From assembly GCF_964355755.1 (NCBI RefSeq), contig NC_092673.1, forward strand, positions 18,473,648 through 18,537,647: a stretch of 64,000 bases of DNA. The letters are read 5' to 3'. The stretch's first letter is position 1. Each line of letters starts with the position of its first letter. A program made the translations under genes and the position numbers. The notes below the pieces were generated by a model. It did no database searches. It was not told where the DNA came from and saw only the letters and a program-made list of their open reading frames with translations. Source of the stretch: Antedon mediterranea. Lineage: Eukaryota > Animalia > Echinodermata. This document shows positions 36,200 through 50,900 of this stretch, in pieces.

Positions 36200-37615
36200 A
36201 ATGTTGCACCACTTGCGCGGCGGATAACCAAACTCGTCAAAGTGACGAGTTACATGTCTAGTTCTTTATTTCTCTCTGTACAGATTTTGTGTAACAATTA
36301 TCTCAAAAAGTTGAATGTTGAAGATGACAAAATTTTCACAATATCTTTCAAATACTGTAACTTAGTCCTAATAAGCTTTTCAGCGTGATCACTCATCCGT
36401 GACGTCATTTATACGCCATTTTGTGAAATCACATTATCAATCATATCGCCATAACTCTTTATCACATATCAATAAAATTCACTATACGTAAACTTCAGGT
36501 AAAAGGTAAATATATTAACCAATAAAAGGCACGCGCACGTAGGGTCATACGCGTGAAATCGCGCGTTAAAAATTAAAAAAGCTCAAAATTAAGTTTTGAT
36601 CAATTTAGAGCATGAATTAGGCTATTTGCGTGTTTCAAAAAATTACTGCGCAAAAATGCGTTTTTGCGCGCGCAATTCTTAAAAAAGGTAAAAATACGTA
36701 TTTTTTTGTAAAAATCGCATTCTACTCACCATTCTTAGTACATTCACCAAATTTGAGTCCGTTCCGACTTAAAATAACGCTATACGAGCATGTTAAAAAT
36801 GACAAAATGCGCACATCAATTTCACAAAAGTTCTGAAAATTGTGAAAAATATGTCTTTTTAAAATGAAAATAACTCTTCAGAATGCACGATGACCCCTAA
36901 GTTTTTTAACTTATTCGGGAAGCCATTGAGTTTTAGATATAAATGTATATACACATTAGACGTAAAAAATGGTATTACGTCATGAAATGGCCACTTGAAT
37001 ATAAAAATTAAGATTTTTTTCCGTTTTGTGTAGGTTATCACATTCAATAGAGCGCATCTCCGCTATTTGAGCTCGATTTTCGCACAAATTTCAGTGTGTG
37101 CTTGCTTAATTATTTATCTTTATCATAAGTTGTCAGTGTTTTCATTTTGATGACGTCATCACACGTAAAAACTTGAATAACGTAGGTCGTGTAATTTCAC
37201 CTTCGCCGTAAGTTTGAATATCTTACAGCTCTTCAGAATTGAAGGTTACCTTGATGATTATAATTTATTCTGAAAGCTGATGAAATTTATTTGCTCAATT
37301 CATTATCTTTCGAAATTGTCATCTTCGAGTATATTTTGATAATTCCATCATACCAAAAAATTAGAACATGTGTGTCCCGTAATTTCACCTATGCTACACT
37401 GTATATAGATATACAGTATATACTGTACATATTGTATATGGCATATAATAGGCACAACTCAGCACTATAAGCGTATGCATCATGTCATAGGATGGCGTAC
37501 ATCAACTTTTTACGATCATATGTTAACGTACGTGCATGTTTAAAAGTGTTAATTTCATTAAAATGATAAAAATGATCACCTATAATTCGTCAAAGTGACG
37601 AATTAAATTCTAGTT
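36200..37615 (+). mobile_element. Helentron/HINE-like non-autonomous element (left boundary approximate)
   Basis: Hairpin TCGTCAAAGTGACGA followed by TCTAGTT occurs at both ~36233-36262 and ~37587-37615. Confidence 0.5.
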
Positions 37616-37779
37616 GTTTTTATCATTGTTTAGAAACCTCTCAATCCTCGACCATACTCAAATTAAAGAAAGAAAGAGAAAATAATAAAGATACTTTGAC
37701 AGATTTATTACTGAGCATCGTGATTGTTGTTATCTGCCTGACTTATCCAGTACACCTGTTAACATTTCGAAACTTGACA

Positions 37780-40700
37780 ATGTCAAGCACACAGAGTTCG
37801 ACTAGAAGTAGCCAATTAGAGATATCAGCAGCAGAAGCAAGAGCTGAATTGGCGGTTGCTAAGGCGAGAGCTCAATATAATAAGAAAACCTTACAGAAAA
37901 GATTAGAACTTGAACAAATAGAAGAAGAGGGTAAATTAGCCGTAGCACAAGCCCGCTCAGATGCCTTGGACAAAGAGCTAGAACGATTGTCCATTACGGC
38001 TGAGGATACACCTCAGGTACCAAATACTGATGCGGTCGATAAGGTTAGTCAATACCTCGACTCATTAGACGAAAACGAAGCGGTACAGCCTGTCTTAGAA
38101 CCAGTACCACCTACACTATCACCTAATGCAACACCATGGTTTCCAAGGGCAAACCCAACTACAGATCAGACCACAGTTACACCTAAACCTGAAATAAGCT
38201 CTGCACCTTACCCGATTACACCTACTCCAGCCGTTGAACAGACCAATAATATACTACTACAAAATTTGATTGAAAAACAGGGAGAAGTACTGTCCCAATG
38301 GTTGATACAAACAAGTCTACCTAAAATGGGACTTACAAAATTCGACGGCAACCCAATGGATTATGGACGATTTAAGAGAGCCTTTGAGCACGAGGTGGAA
38401 GGCAAGGTTCGCAGCGAGAGAGACAAACTGTACTACTTAGAACAATATACAACTGGTGAGGTGAATAATCTGGTCAAGAGCTATTTAGCTATGGATCCTG
38501 GAGAAGGCTTTAGACAAGCGAAGCAGGCGCTAATAGATAAATACGGTAATCCATTCAGATTGGCGGATGCCTATATTACATCATTAAAGGACTTTCCTGA
38601 GATAAAGGCAGAGGATAAAGATTCTTTGTCCAGATACTCATTACTACTTATCGAATGTAAGAACTCCATGTCCAGTCTCGATCATTTACAAGAATTAAAT
38701 CATACAAGTAGCATACAGACACTCACGTTGAAACTGCCTTACCGCATGAGAGACAAATGGAGGACCAAAACAGACCAAGAAACCAGAAGGGTACAATTTG
38801 ACGACTTTGTACTATTCGTAGAAAAACAGTCCAGGATTCTTAGTAATCCTACGTTTGGGAACATTAAAGACGAAAAGGTATCTCAGCGCAAACCACCACA
38901 TAGACCAAAGGGAGCTTATGCTGCAGTCGAAGTACAAAGAGACTGTCTTTACTGCAGTAAAGGCGCACACAGAATAGAAGAATGCAGGAAATTCGACAAC
39001 CTGCAAAGACCAGAGAAACTAACCTACATTAAAGAACACAGATTATGCTACGGCTGCTTAACTACTGGTCACTTGGCTAAACATTGCAACAGTCGCCACA
39101 CGTGCACCAAATGTAAGAGGAGGCACCCAACCACGCTCCACCAAGACCCAGTTGTCAACACTGAAACGACAAACAAGAATAACGATAAGCAGCCTAACCA
39201 ACTGCAAGCTGCGTGTGCCAAGATAAATCAAGGAGAATGTGCCTTGGCAGTGATCCCAGTTCGCGTAAGCGTTGGATGCTCACACCAAGTAGAAACATAC
39301 GCCTTTCTAGATCCAGGGAGCACCATTTCGTTTTGCTCAGAGGCACTCGTAAAACAACTTGGCGTTGGTTGAAGGAATGAATGTATCACCATTGACACGA
39401 TGGGGTCTACGTACCGATTAACAACAAAGGCGGTAAAGGGACTAAAGGTAACTTCCCTAGACAACAGAAATATGGAAACTGTTATACACACTGCATATAC
39501 TAAGAGCAACTTACCTATTCAGAAGGCACACTTTCCTAAACAATCGGACATCGACAAGTGGCCACATTTACAAGGCGTACAAATACCCCAGATAGATAAG
39601 GGTAAAGAAGTGGGTCTACTGATAGGCATGGGTGTAGCAAGTGCTTATACACCTCTGGAAGTAAAAACAGGACCTATTGACGCTCCCCATGCAACCAGAA
39701 CTAACCTGGGGTGGATCGTTTGGAACTTGATTGGTAACCACAAAAGTAGTCACCCATACCCAGCAAACTTCGTTGGAAGAAATGTAGAAAAGTCTACTTA
39801 CAACACGTTGGAGAAGTTAGTAAAAAGGAGCACCGAGATTGACTTCCCAGAAAGTGGTTTGGATCTTACACAAAACCATTCTGTTGAAGATAAATTATTC
39901 CTCAGGAAAGTAAACGAAAGCATAGTGAAGGGACCCGACAATCACTTTACAATTAGCCTTCCCTTTAGACGCAATGAAGTGGTCATGCCTGACAACAGAC
40001 TACAAGCAGTCAAACGACTAGAGTCATTATGTCGTCGTCTGAAGGCAGATAAACCATATGCAATGGAATACACCAACTACATGGATGAATTGTTAACCAA
40101 GGGGGATATGCAGAGAGAGTACCACCTGACGAAATTATACAAGATGGACACAAATGGTATATCCCTCACCATGGCGTTTACAATCCCCAGAAACCTGGGA
40201 AATTAAGAGTGGTTTTCGACTGTGGAGCAAGATATCAGGGAGTAGCTCTTAATGATGTTTTTTTACCCGGACCAAACCTGACTAGCAACCTATTGGGGGT
40301 ACTCCGTTTCAGGGAAGAAGAAGTTGCCATAATTGCTGATGTGGAAAAGATGTTCCACCAAGTCAAAGTACCGGAAAGTGATAGAAACTTCCTCAGATTT
40401 CTATGGTTCCCAAATGGAAACATTTATGCTACTCCCATAGAATATAGAATGATCGTGCACCTATTCGGATCAACCTCGTCACCCTCATGTGCAAATAAGG
40501 CACTACAACAGACAGCAGCCGACTGTTCTATTTCAGAAATCCAAGAAAACACCAAGAAAACATTGTTACGTAACTTCTACGTAGATGATCTGTTAAAGAG
40601 TGTTGAGAATCCGGAGACAGGAGTGGAACTTATTAAGCAGCTGAGAATACTATGCCAAGATGGAGGATTTCGTTTGACAAAATGGACCAGCAATTCAAAG

Positions 40701-43119
40701 AAAGTAATAAACACTATACCAGAATCTGAACGGTCAAAGGAACTTCAGTCAATTAATCTACATGAAGAAACCATACCATGTGAAAGAGCATTAGGCATTA
40801 AATGGCATCCAGAAGAAGATTATTTATATTTCGAAGCTCCAACCAGAGAGCAAGCTGTCACAAGGAGAGGAATCTTATCTACAATAAGTTCTGTTTTTGA
40901 CCCAATGGGCTTAATAGCACCAGTTATCCTACCGACGAAGATATTACTTCAAGAAGTAATGCGAGATAACAAAGGCTGGGATGAACCCATTGACGGGGAA
41001 ATAAAACAACGCTGGCAGACCTGGTTGGAAGAATTAAAACTTATTTCTAACATCAAGATACCAAGATGCGTTAACTTGAATTGTGCAAACAGACCATGTC
41101 AACTCCATATGTTCGCAGACGCTAGTAAAAGGGGCTACGGAATAGTCGCCTACGTACGATGTGTAGTAGATGGAGCCATTACCTGCAACAATCTGTATAG
41201 CCGTTCAAGAGTTTCACCACTCAAGCGAATGACAATACCACGACTTGAGCTTACAGCAGCGACATTGGCGGTTAAGAGTGCAAGCTTAATCCAATCTGAA
41301 ATAGATTACAACCTTGACGATATCCTTTTCTGGACTGATAGCATGTTGGTGATGAACTATATTAACAATGTGAGTACAAGATTCAGTACCTTTGTTGCTA
41401 ATCGACTAAATGTCATACAAGAAGGATCTACTACGAGTCAATGGAGACATGTTGGTACTAAAGATAACCCTGCTGACATTGACTCAAGAGGACTGAAACT
41501 AGGAAAAATCGAAAATGAGAAAATGTGGTTACGAGGGCCGGAATTCCTCTGGCAGGAAACAAACCAGTGGCCTCAACAAATTCAAGGTAGCCATAATTTG
41601 AAGATAGATGATCCTGAAGTCAAGAAGGTTGCATGCCCAGTCTTGCCTTATGCTGATACATTAGAAACCTTGGCGAAACACTATTCATCTTGGAGTCGCC
41701 TACGTAGAGCCACCGCCTGGATGATAAAGTTAAAACAGGTTCTTCGCAAGAAGGATGTAGACAGAAAATATCTGACGGTATCCGAACTAAAAGCAGCTGA
41801 AGTGTCTCTCGTAAGAAATGTTCAAAGAAGGAGTTACATAGAAGATATTAAATCATTGGAAGCTGGTAATCAAATCAAGAAATCAAGTCCATTAGTAAAA
41901 CTTGATCCATTTTTGGAAAATGGCGTCCTAAAGGTAGGAGGTCGCTTTAGAAGGGCAGAGTTGGGTTCGTCTAAACACCAAATGATCCTGCCTAAGAACT
42001 CTCATGTTTCCCAGTTTATAATACGAGAGATGCACAGAAATCTTGGCCATTGTGGCAGAAACCAAATCATAACGCACCTGAGGAAAGAATACTGGATACC
42101 TCAAGTGGTCTCTGCTACCAGGAAATTAATCAGCAAATGCGTACTATGTAGAAGGTACCACAGAAGAGCGGAAAACCAGAAAATGGCCGAGTTGTAGAGT
42201 AACTGTTGGTGAAAACCCATTCTCGCATACTGGAATGGATTACTTTGGACCCTTCAATATAAAAAGGGGAAGAACTATACATAAGAGATGGAGTAATATT
42301 TACCTGTTTGAAAACTAGAGCAATTCACTTGGAAGTATTTCACTCATTGACGACCACTAGTTGCCTCAATGCTCTTCGACGTTTTACCGCAAGGAGAGGC
42401 CCAATACGCATGATTAATCTCAGACAATGGAACAAACCTCATTGGTGCCAAGAATGAGCTGAAAAGGCAATTAAGGAGCTCGACCCAAGGGAAATCCAAA
42501 GTAATATGCTTCGACAAAATATAGACTGGAAATTTAATCCGCCTTCCGCTTCACACTACGGTGGCACATGGGAGAGAATGATTCGTTCTGTTCGGAAGGT
42601 CTTATATAGTGTTCTGAAGGAGCAACCAATGGAGCTAGATGACGAAGGACTTCCAACAGTATTTTGTGAAGTTGAAGGAATTGTCAATAGCAGACCGTTG
42701 ACGATTATATCAGACAGTCCATAATAGATAAAGATCCGTTAACACCTAACCACTTTCTTGTGGGAAACAAGCAAACATCAATGGAACCAGGCGTGTTCGA
42801 AAGAAAGGAACTAGTAAAGGGATGGAGACAAATTCAGTATTTAACAAATCTCTTCTGGAGACGTTGGTCCAAGGAATATTTGGTAACACTTCAGGAACGA
42901 CAGAGATGGTTTCACCAGAGAAAAAATGTGAATGTAGGAGAAATCGTGTTGATATGCGACAACAACTCACCAAGAGGACAATGGCCAATGGGCAGAGTGG
43001 TGGAGGTATACCCTGATGAGAAAGGTTATGTTAGAGCAGTGAAGCTCAAGACAAGCACATCTGAACTGAAGAGACCAATTACTAAGTTGGTGGTGTTGTT
43101 AGAAGCAGATTCTCCATAA
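37780..43119 (+). pseudogene. BEL/Pao gag-pol polyprotein with stops and frameshifts
   Basis: KFDGNP, CYGCLTTGH..C, FLDPGS protease motif, ADVEKMF, FYVDD, FADAS, HCG/CVLC, FNPPSASHYGGTWERMI; in-frame TGA at 39370 and further lesions near 40105, 42197-42500 and 42722. Confidence 0.93.
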
Positions 43120-43589
43120 TTATTTATGTCATAATATAGCTAACAAGTAAATCTTACGCTATTTAGTTAACGATGATACAAATTTTTAAACGAGACTAAT
43201 TATTAAGATTACTAATTGTTTTGCAGTTTGCTAATGCTCATTTTATGTTATTCGCATTAGGAGGGCCGGTGTAAAGTTCATAAGATACATATAGATGAGG
43301 GCGCTAGATAATTATTTTAGATTAGCCCTCTAGCGATAACCTTCGACATGATCGGAGGATGATGGCAAAAAAACCATGTGCTAAGATGGTTTCGTAGTTC
43401 TATAGGGGAACTAAACATCCAAAGTGTAGTTTAAAGTATAGTTTCATAGGGAAACTAGATAGATACTTTAAGATAATATTGTTAATAGATAAAGGAAGAT
43501 TTCAAGTGTACTAGGAAGGTTCAGAAGTTTCGGTACGTTTTTTCTGATTGTAATATTGATCACTAGGCCTGTGTTAATTTCACTTTAAT

Positions 43590-44447
43590 TAACTACTAGC
43601 GGTTCATCATGGCGACGGCTTGGATTAGGCCAAGTTGAGCCGCCCGCCGCCAGAAAAACGTTATTTTCTATGAAACGCCAAATGCTTACTTTCGCCGGTG
43701 CTCGTTTCTATTTAATAGAAGTTCTATTTATATTAATTATTAGATATAACGATGTATATTCCAAAGTTTATATATCACGGTTTTTAGTATATATTATTAA
43801 ATATTATAATTAAAGAGAAATAATTATGGATATCTGACTTGTAGATTCCAAAATATAAGGCCTAAAACATGACCGAAAATGATCGTTTTTAGTCAAAAAT
43901 GACGTAAACATGTTGCCCCCTTAGGCGGCAGTTGTATGAACTAGGCCTACTCCATTTTTCGGTAAAATAATTGCATAAAATCACCGTTTTTTAGTAAAAT
44001 TTTGTGTATTAACATTGTAAATTTCAATAAAATATGATATTATTATTAAAAGATAGTAGATAAAAAACAATAATTATTTAACCTCATTCGAAGAGTATCA
44101 ATACTCTATTAGTCCTGAGAGACAACGTGATTTTACGCGAGAAAAATATTATGGAGTGCACTGCATTTTTACCTTGAAAGATTAAAAACAATTAAATTAT
44201 TAAATATGACTACTTTCCTTTGCTGTGTTGTTATGGCGGTTCAAACCGACAAAATTGTAGTATGTAATTATTATTTATTTTCATGACACAATAAACCTAA
44301 AGACCATGAACTTATGTACTAGGACACCCCTCTATCACTACGCGAAATGTCGTAAAAGACGCACTGGGCGTTTCATAGAAATTACCGGCGGCTCAACTTG
44401 TCGGCGGCCCAACCGGTCATATCCCGACGGCTTGTCGTCTCTCTGTT
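43590..44447. mobile_element. Probable Helentron/HINE-like insertion inside the 3' LTR of BEL copy 2 (boundaries approximate)
   Basis: Subterminal inverted repeat CAAGTTGAGCCGCC (~43630) / GGCGGCTCAACTTG (~44387); removing it leaves an LTR of ~750 bp, similar in size to the BEL copy 1 LTR. Confidence 0.5.
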
Positions 44448-47400
44448 CTTCATTATTGAAATTGAGAATGATCTCATTATATAACTTGTTGATGGCGTTA
44501 TGCCGACATATAATTGTTTGTTAAATCTTTATATTGTTAACGTTTATAGGCTGATTAGTATAAGCTACCGTCAGCGATCATAATATTGTATTATAGTAGG
44601 CCTGTATAGTTGACGTTGGTCAATTTAGACTAGCCACCACTCGGTGCATGGAGCACACGCTGTTCAGCTAGTTACGGTTGCCATGACAACAGGGATCAGC
44701 TCGATTCCTCAGTTTAGGCTAATTACGTTTGTTATTGTTTTTATCATTGTTTAGAAACCTCTCAATCCTCGACCATACTCAAATTAAAGAAAGAAGGAGA
44801 AAAGAATAAAGATACTTTGACAGATTTTACTGAGCATCGTGATTGTTGTTATCTGCCTGACTTATCCTGTACACCTGTTAACACCTAATTTTAATAAATT
44901 TAAAGACTAATAGTTATCAGGGGAAATTAATATTTAAACAAGTTTACCTTTTTTATATTTCAGAAGGGAAATCTAATTTGGGTTTTTTCACTATCGACAT
45001 GAATGATTGCTAAATGAAGATGCTGTATTTTATTTAATGGATAGGTATGTGTTTTTTTTATTATTTTCAAATATAATTTGGTATAGAGATAACTATTTCA
45101 AAAAATTCAAATTTTTAGCCAGATCTTAAAATTTAATAAAAGTGAAAATCTATTTTGATAGAATTTCGATCCAAGTCGGCCCTAAACCGTCTCGGCCAAA
45201 GTCAAATCGGCCCCAAAGTCAAGTCGGTCCCAAATCAAGTCGGCCCCAAGTCAAGTCGGCCTCAAGTCAACTCGGCCTCATTTCAACTCGGCCTCATGTC
45301 AACTCGGCCCTGTTAAAGTATGGAATGCAAGAAGTGCAAAGGAAGGGGATTGATATGAATGATTCTGAAAAAAAAAATAAGAATGATTTCACCAACTGTC
45401 CTTTATTCCGTTTAATAAAATTTCAAATTGTTCAAATTGCGCATAACAAACAATTTATTAATAAGCTTTCATACTATTATTAATGTTATCTATATATAAA
45501 TTTACGTAAGGGCAAAATTCGGTAAATCGCGCCTTACTTTTACAATTTTTACTCGATGGTATATAAAGTTGGTTCGTACTTTCGGTACTGATTTTAACCA
45601 CCTGATGTAACCCTGTTTACTAATTAAATTAAGTTAGATAATTAGTTATTGACGATTAAAACGAATTTAGGTTCAACAATTTGCCCCAAATAGGGGTGTT
45701 TTCCGATCGTGGTATACACTGTCTAATGGATGTCCATCTTGAAAAATACCCGCCACAAAAATGCGAGGAGGCTTCGCATTTTCCTATCTCCTCCTACGAT
45801 AATTATTTTTAATAGCTGAAAACCGGTTGAACAGCTCGAGTACAGTATCATAATGTTGAAGGCAGGCCGATTTTCTTAAAAAAATACTATTTTGATAGAT
45901 TTAATATACGTTTATGCAAATGTATTGATTTGAAATGAATGGAACATTCCAATCTCTGTTCCACAAGTGTCTATTCCCTCAGGCGTCGTAAAGGCAAGTA
46001 CTGTATACTCATAACAGAAATTCGATCCATTTTTTTTTCAATCTGTGCTGCAGAGGTTGGATATAGATTTTTTTTAACGGATAATGAGCTAGCGTTTTCA
46101 GTTGCCGTATATTATGTACAAATCTTTATTATTGCAGTTAAACCACCCACGTGACATGATCACCCTTCCCTCACTGGCATGAGTAGCGTTGTAAAGCCAG
46201 TAGAGGATACCCTTTGCAAAAAAACCGTATACGAACGTATACGATTTACATACGTTTTGTATATGTTTCGTATAGGAAGTCCACTTCGTATACGAAACGT
46301 ATACGTCAATTCGGAAGTTCCTGCCCGCATAATAAACATACGAACCGTATACGATCATTTATAAACAATTTCCTAATTATACGATCCGTATATGATCCGT
46401 ATACGACGACGCGTGTATACAAACTGCATCGTATTACCAAGCGAAAAGGGACTGTCCCTCTTTTTACAAGACGACGATAGCATACGTTTACGATCGCAGG
46501 AGCATCTTGACTTCAATAATTAGTGTACAATTTGTTTTTTTTTTCAGTTGGTATATGTACATTAAATTCCCTATGATGATTTAGTTCATAGTTTTCGCGA
46601 ATGAAAATTTGGTGCTGTATTTTACTAGACGTTGTTTTTCTAGCAAGCATAAAAACCCACCCAGGCTGTTCTGCCTTGTTTATCCCCTCTGCTATTTCTT
46701 TACCTTTTGTATGTTCCATTAATAAGTGAATCACACAAAATGTGCCTGTGTTTATGTGCGCTGCATGCATGCATCACATGGATGGATCAGATTTCATTCA
46801 TTTTCAATCATCATTGTTGATTTTTTGGCTACGGGTTTTGTTGACTCACCATAAAAAAAAAAAAAAAAATGGGATGTAGGCCTAGTTACAGTAGGCCCAG
46901 GTAGATAGTAAATTCGATGAATTCTAGCTAGCTAGGCTATAGGCATATTGTAATTGTATATATCGAATATGCAGTATATAGCTACTGCAGCAGCTCTAGT
47001 AAACTAAGAGTTAACTAGGCCTGGGGAAAATACGCCAAGGAAAAGAGTCTGTGGTACACTCATTGTGAAAATAAGCTAGCTAGCTTTCCCCCATATATTA
47101 GATTTGGTTATATTGTATTATTTTAATAACCTACTCTAGCTAGTAGTATATCAACAACAGTGAAATGGAAATACGATGCATTATGGATATCATCGTTGCA
47201 GAGTTAGGGGGTGATAACAAAACATTCAACAGCCAGAAATACAAAAAAGAAGCTCCGACGTTTTTATTTAGAGCATTTTACTATTTTAGGCATACAGAAC
47301 TAATTACTGTAAATTTCCTAGAGTTGTCACTGATAAATAAAATTTAACATAACCTACATATAACTTATAAAAATCCAAATGATAAATTGTACGCGAACGC

Positions 47401-47994
47401 AGTAAAACCAACCAGTTAAATGTTTGTTAAATAATTATTTTACATCTCCCTGGTAAAATGGTACCCCACGCCCCCATTTTTATGCCTCCATCATTGATAA
47501 GCCCCCTCTGTACACACGCCTGCCGGCTATTTGTTTATCATTTTAATGAATGTAGTACGAGTCTAACTCCAAATAAAGATATAGAAGACATTTTAAGAAT
47601 TCAAAGTGTTGATCTTTTTTAAGAATCTGATATATACCATGAATCATCTTTTTACATAATCAGGACTGTACATAATATACAGCATAAGCATGTACAATCT
47701 AATTTAATTGTCACACAATTGAATTAAACTGTTACAAATAAACAATTATTCATGAAATAGTTGGGGTATTGTTGGGTCCATGGGAAATCAACAATGTTTA
47801 GTAGACTTATTTAATTTGTTATTTAAAGTTGAGGGTAGTTATTTTTAAAACAATTATTGGAATACCATGAAAATAAAGAAAGATATGTTTTATGATTTCT
47901 TAATCACCAAGCAGAAATAATGAAAGCAATTCAATCTGTTCGCTACCGGGAATAAATTGATATTCGATATAATTGTATTTACTATCACCACTAA

Positions 47995-50900
47995 GGCCAA
48001 ATAAAAAAAATTACTTGTTAAGCGTCACACCCTCATAAATTTTCAGGGGAGAGGGGGAGGTTTTTTTTTAATTTTTTTTTATACTTTTTATGGAGATATA
48101 TTTTTGCGCGATCACCGCCTTTTTAGCATTTCTGCTAGTACAACATATATAAATGAACAAGTACATCATTTTAAACCTTCAGAAACACATTTATTGATCA
48201 TTGATAGTACAATATACACAGATATTTGAAGTTTTTTTTAAAATATTGCAAGTTTGTTTTTGGTAAGATGATTGTAAAGCAGCAGCAAAGTGTGGTATTA
48301 TTTACAGTATGTATTGTAAGGTACTGTTTAATATACAGTAGTAGAACATCAATGCTGACAGACTAAAATGTGATTCCTTATTTTCTATGTTTACTTAAAT
48401 TTTCTTCCTCTCCTATGCACCTTCTTACATCTCTGCTCATTACAACCTGAACACTGTGGGTAGTATTCATCCACTAGTTGCAACTCATCTAGTGTTCCGC
48501 AGTGGATGCAGACATCTTCATAACCTGCCGAATAAAAAGTGAACTCGATTAAAGTATTACATGTTAAGTTTTCTCTAACATACACTTTTTTAAGTGGATC
48601 GTCATCTGGCATTTCAATAGTTGTCAGGGTTGCCCCACAACTATAGAGTGCTGTCTCCATTAACAATTCCAGTGCTTGTCTTGTCTTTTTTGTCAACTTC
48701 TTCTTTGCATACAGACACCTCCACTTTTCGCATTCCTCGCACTGTATGATCACGCCAGCATTCTTAGCCGTTTGGGCTGATGGATTGAAAGGGCATCCAT
48801 GTCCTGTGGCTCTAGTAACTGTAAAAGAAGGCCTGTAATGTTCTGTAGTTTTCTGTGAAAAAAATAAATATATACATCATCATTCTGTGGTAGTATCATC
48901 ACTTCACCTTTAAATTAGCTTTACAATTGCTTTGATAAATTCTCCATGTTCTCTTTCAGATATTAGCCTGAAACCAAATACTCATAAAAGCAATGAACAC
49001 AAAGTTTACCTTTCCATAAAGTTCCTCAAATGAGTAATATTTGTCTCCATCAGGCATAGGGTCTGGAAGATGGTGAACTTCACTGAAGACCTTGATTGGA
49101 AGTCTGGGAGGCTTACATACACCACACTCTGGCGAGGTACACTTCAATATCGAGAACATGTAGTTTCGAATTTGGCAATGGTTATCTATAAACTGCTTTA
49201 GCTGCTCTTGGTTCTTTAGATGCTGTTGGGTTTTAACTTCTGGAGTCAAAGAGTCATCAACCTTTAAAAGAAATTTAAAAAGTCAATATAGATACCTGTA
49301 GTTGAAACAATTAAATAACAGAATATCATATAGAGACAAGAGTATAATTTATTTGAAAAATTTACAATTTACCTGTAAAACATTACTCCATAAGTCAGCC
49401 ATTTCATCAATATCAGCAGGACCAAAAGTTTTAAAGCCCTGATCCTTTAATTTGAGACGCTCCATAACATTTCTCAGTAACTCGATGCAGGGCTGCACTG
49501 ACTCTAGTACCTCTTCTTTGAGTTCCGGGATAGTTTTAGCCATTTCCCGAGTATCTTTTAGGCCTCCACACTTAGTTAACTTGTCCTCATGTGTTATAGC
49601 TTTCTCCCTCATCACACCAACACCCTGTAGTCCAACATTAATTATTGACATTATGCGCTCAACTGGGTTTTTCCAACTGCGTTTTGGGGGTGTTCTCACA
49701 GCACAGAGGAAGTCAAGGTCTAAGTTAACAAACATGGCAATCAGTGATAACTGAACAGAAAGATATGTAACTCTATGGTCTGGACCTCCATCTGTATAGG
49801 CCAAAAGCATCGGCTTGTTCAAGTTCAAGTTGGTCATCTCCTGTCTAAGTTCAGTCATGTGCCGTATAGGTGAAGATGGCTGGAAGCAGTTCTCCTTAAA
49901 TGAAATGCAAACTTGACCTACATGAAACGAGTCATCGATATGGTCAGGAACGTCAATAAACAGATTAACACTTGGTGTTAGACTCAGCCGTGTGAAGTCA
50001 TGGTCTGCCACAACAAACTTCTTCCCCATGGCTACAAGAACTTGTTTGCCACGCTCAACAGCTGCCACTGGACAACCTGGCTCACCCACCTTGATAGTAT
50101 GCTTGTCATCCATGCTGACAAATACTAGATGCTCTTTGAACCGGATACTGAATTTCTTCTGGTAACGAAAAAGTGCTGAAGCATAATGGGAGTCTACATG
50201 ATGAGCTCGAAATTGCCTTGCCTGAACCATAAACTTGATCTTTAACTTTCCAGTGAAACGAGCAGCAGCCTTAGCAGTTGGTCTGCGTGGCCAAAACTGT
50301 AACCTCAACCATTGAAGACTTGGTATTTTGGTGCCCTCATCACATCGCTCTATCACTTGATCGTAGAGGTCTCTAACACTAACAGCTGTTGCTAAGTGTG
50401 TGATTACCTCGTTTTCTGACACTTGATCATGACGTCTGTCGTCAACAGCTGTCTCAATACCTGCGTTGATAGTTTCCCGACATTTATTCAGGAAAGTGTC
50501 ATACTCTAATGGCCGTCCAGGGTTACAGTGTCGTCTGTCCCAAAGCAATTCGGGGTCTTGCTCATCAAGGACTTGTTCTAAGCGTCGATCAACTTCAGCT
50601 TCATCTAAAGTTTCAGACGAAGAACAGTCACCTAAATTTTAAAAAAATTGAAATTGTGTAGAATAAGTTAAAGAGCTTTTGGGTCTGTAAAGGTCACTAA
50701 GAAATAATCAAAACTGAGGAGACCAGACTGACAAATAGTTGGAAAATAAATAGAAACAAACCTGTCAAACTTCGGTAAGCACTCCGCAAAACTGCCTTGT
50801 TAGCAACAAGTCCAAATGACTGCACAAATTCTCGCTTCATTGATCTGGAGTGGTATTTTGGTACTGTTGCCCGTACATGTTTACACACATCATGAGCACG

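Larger units (their letters stand above)
37614..44883 (+). mobile_element. BEL/Pao LTR retrotransposon (copy 2, different family), degenerate
   Basis: 5' LTR remnant 37614-37764 matches the end of the 3' LTR 43270-44883 (...CACCTGTTAACA); PPT-like AGGAGGGCCGG precedes TGT at 43270. Confidence 0.9.
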
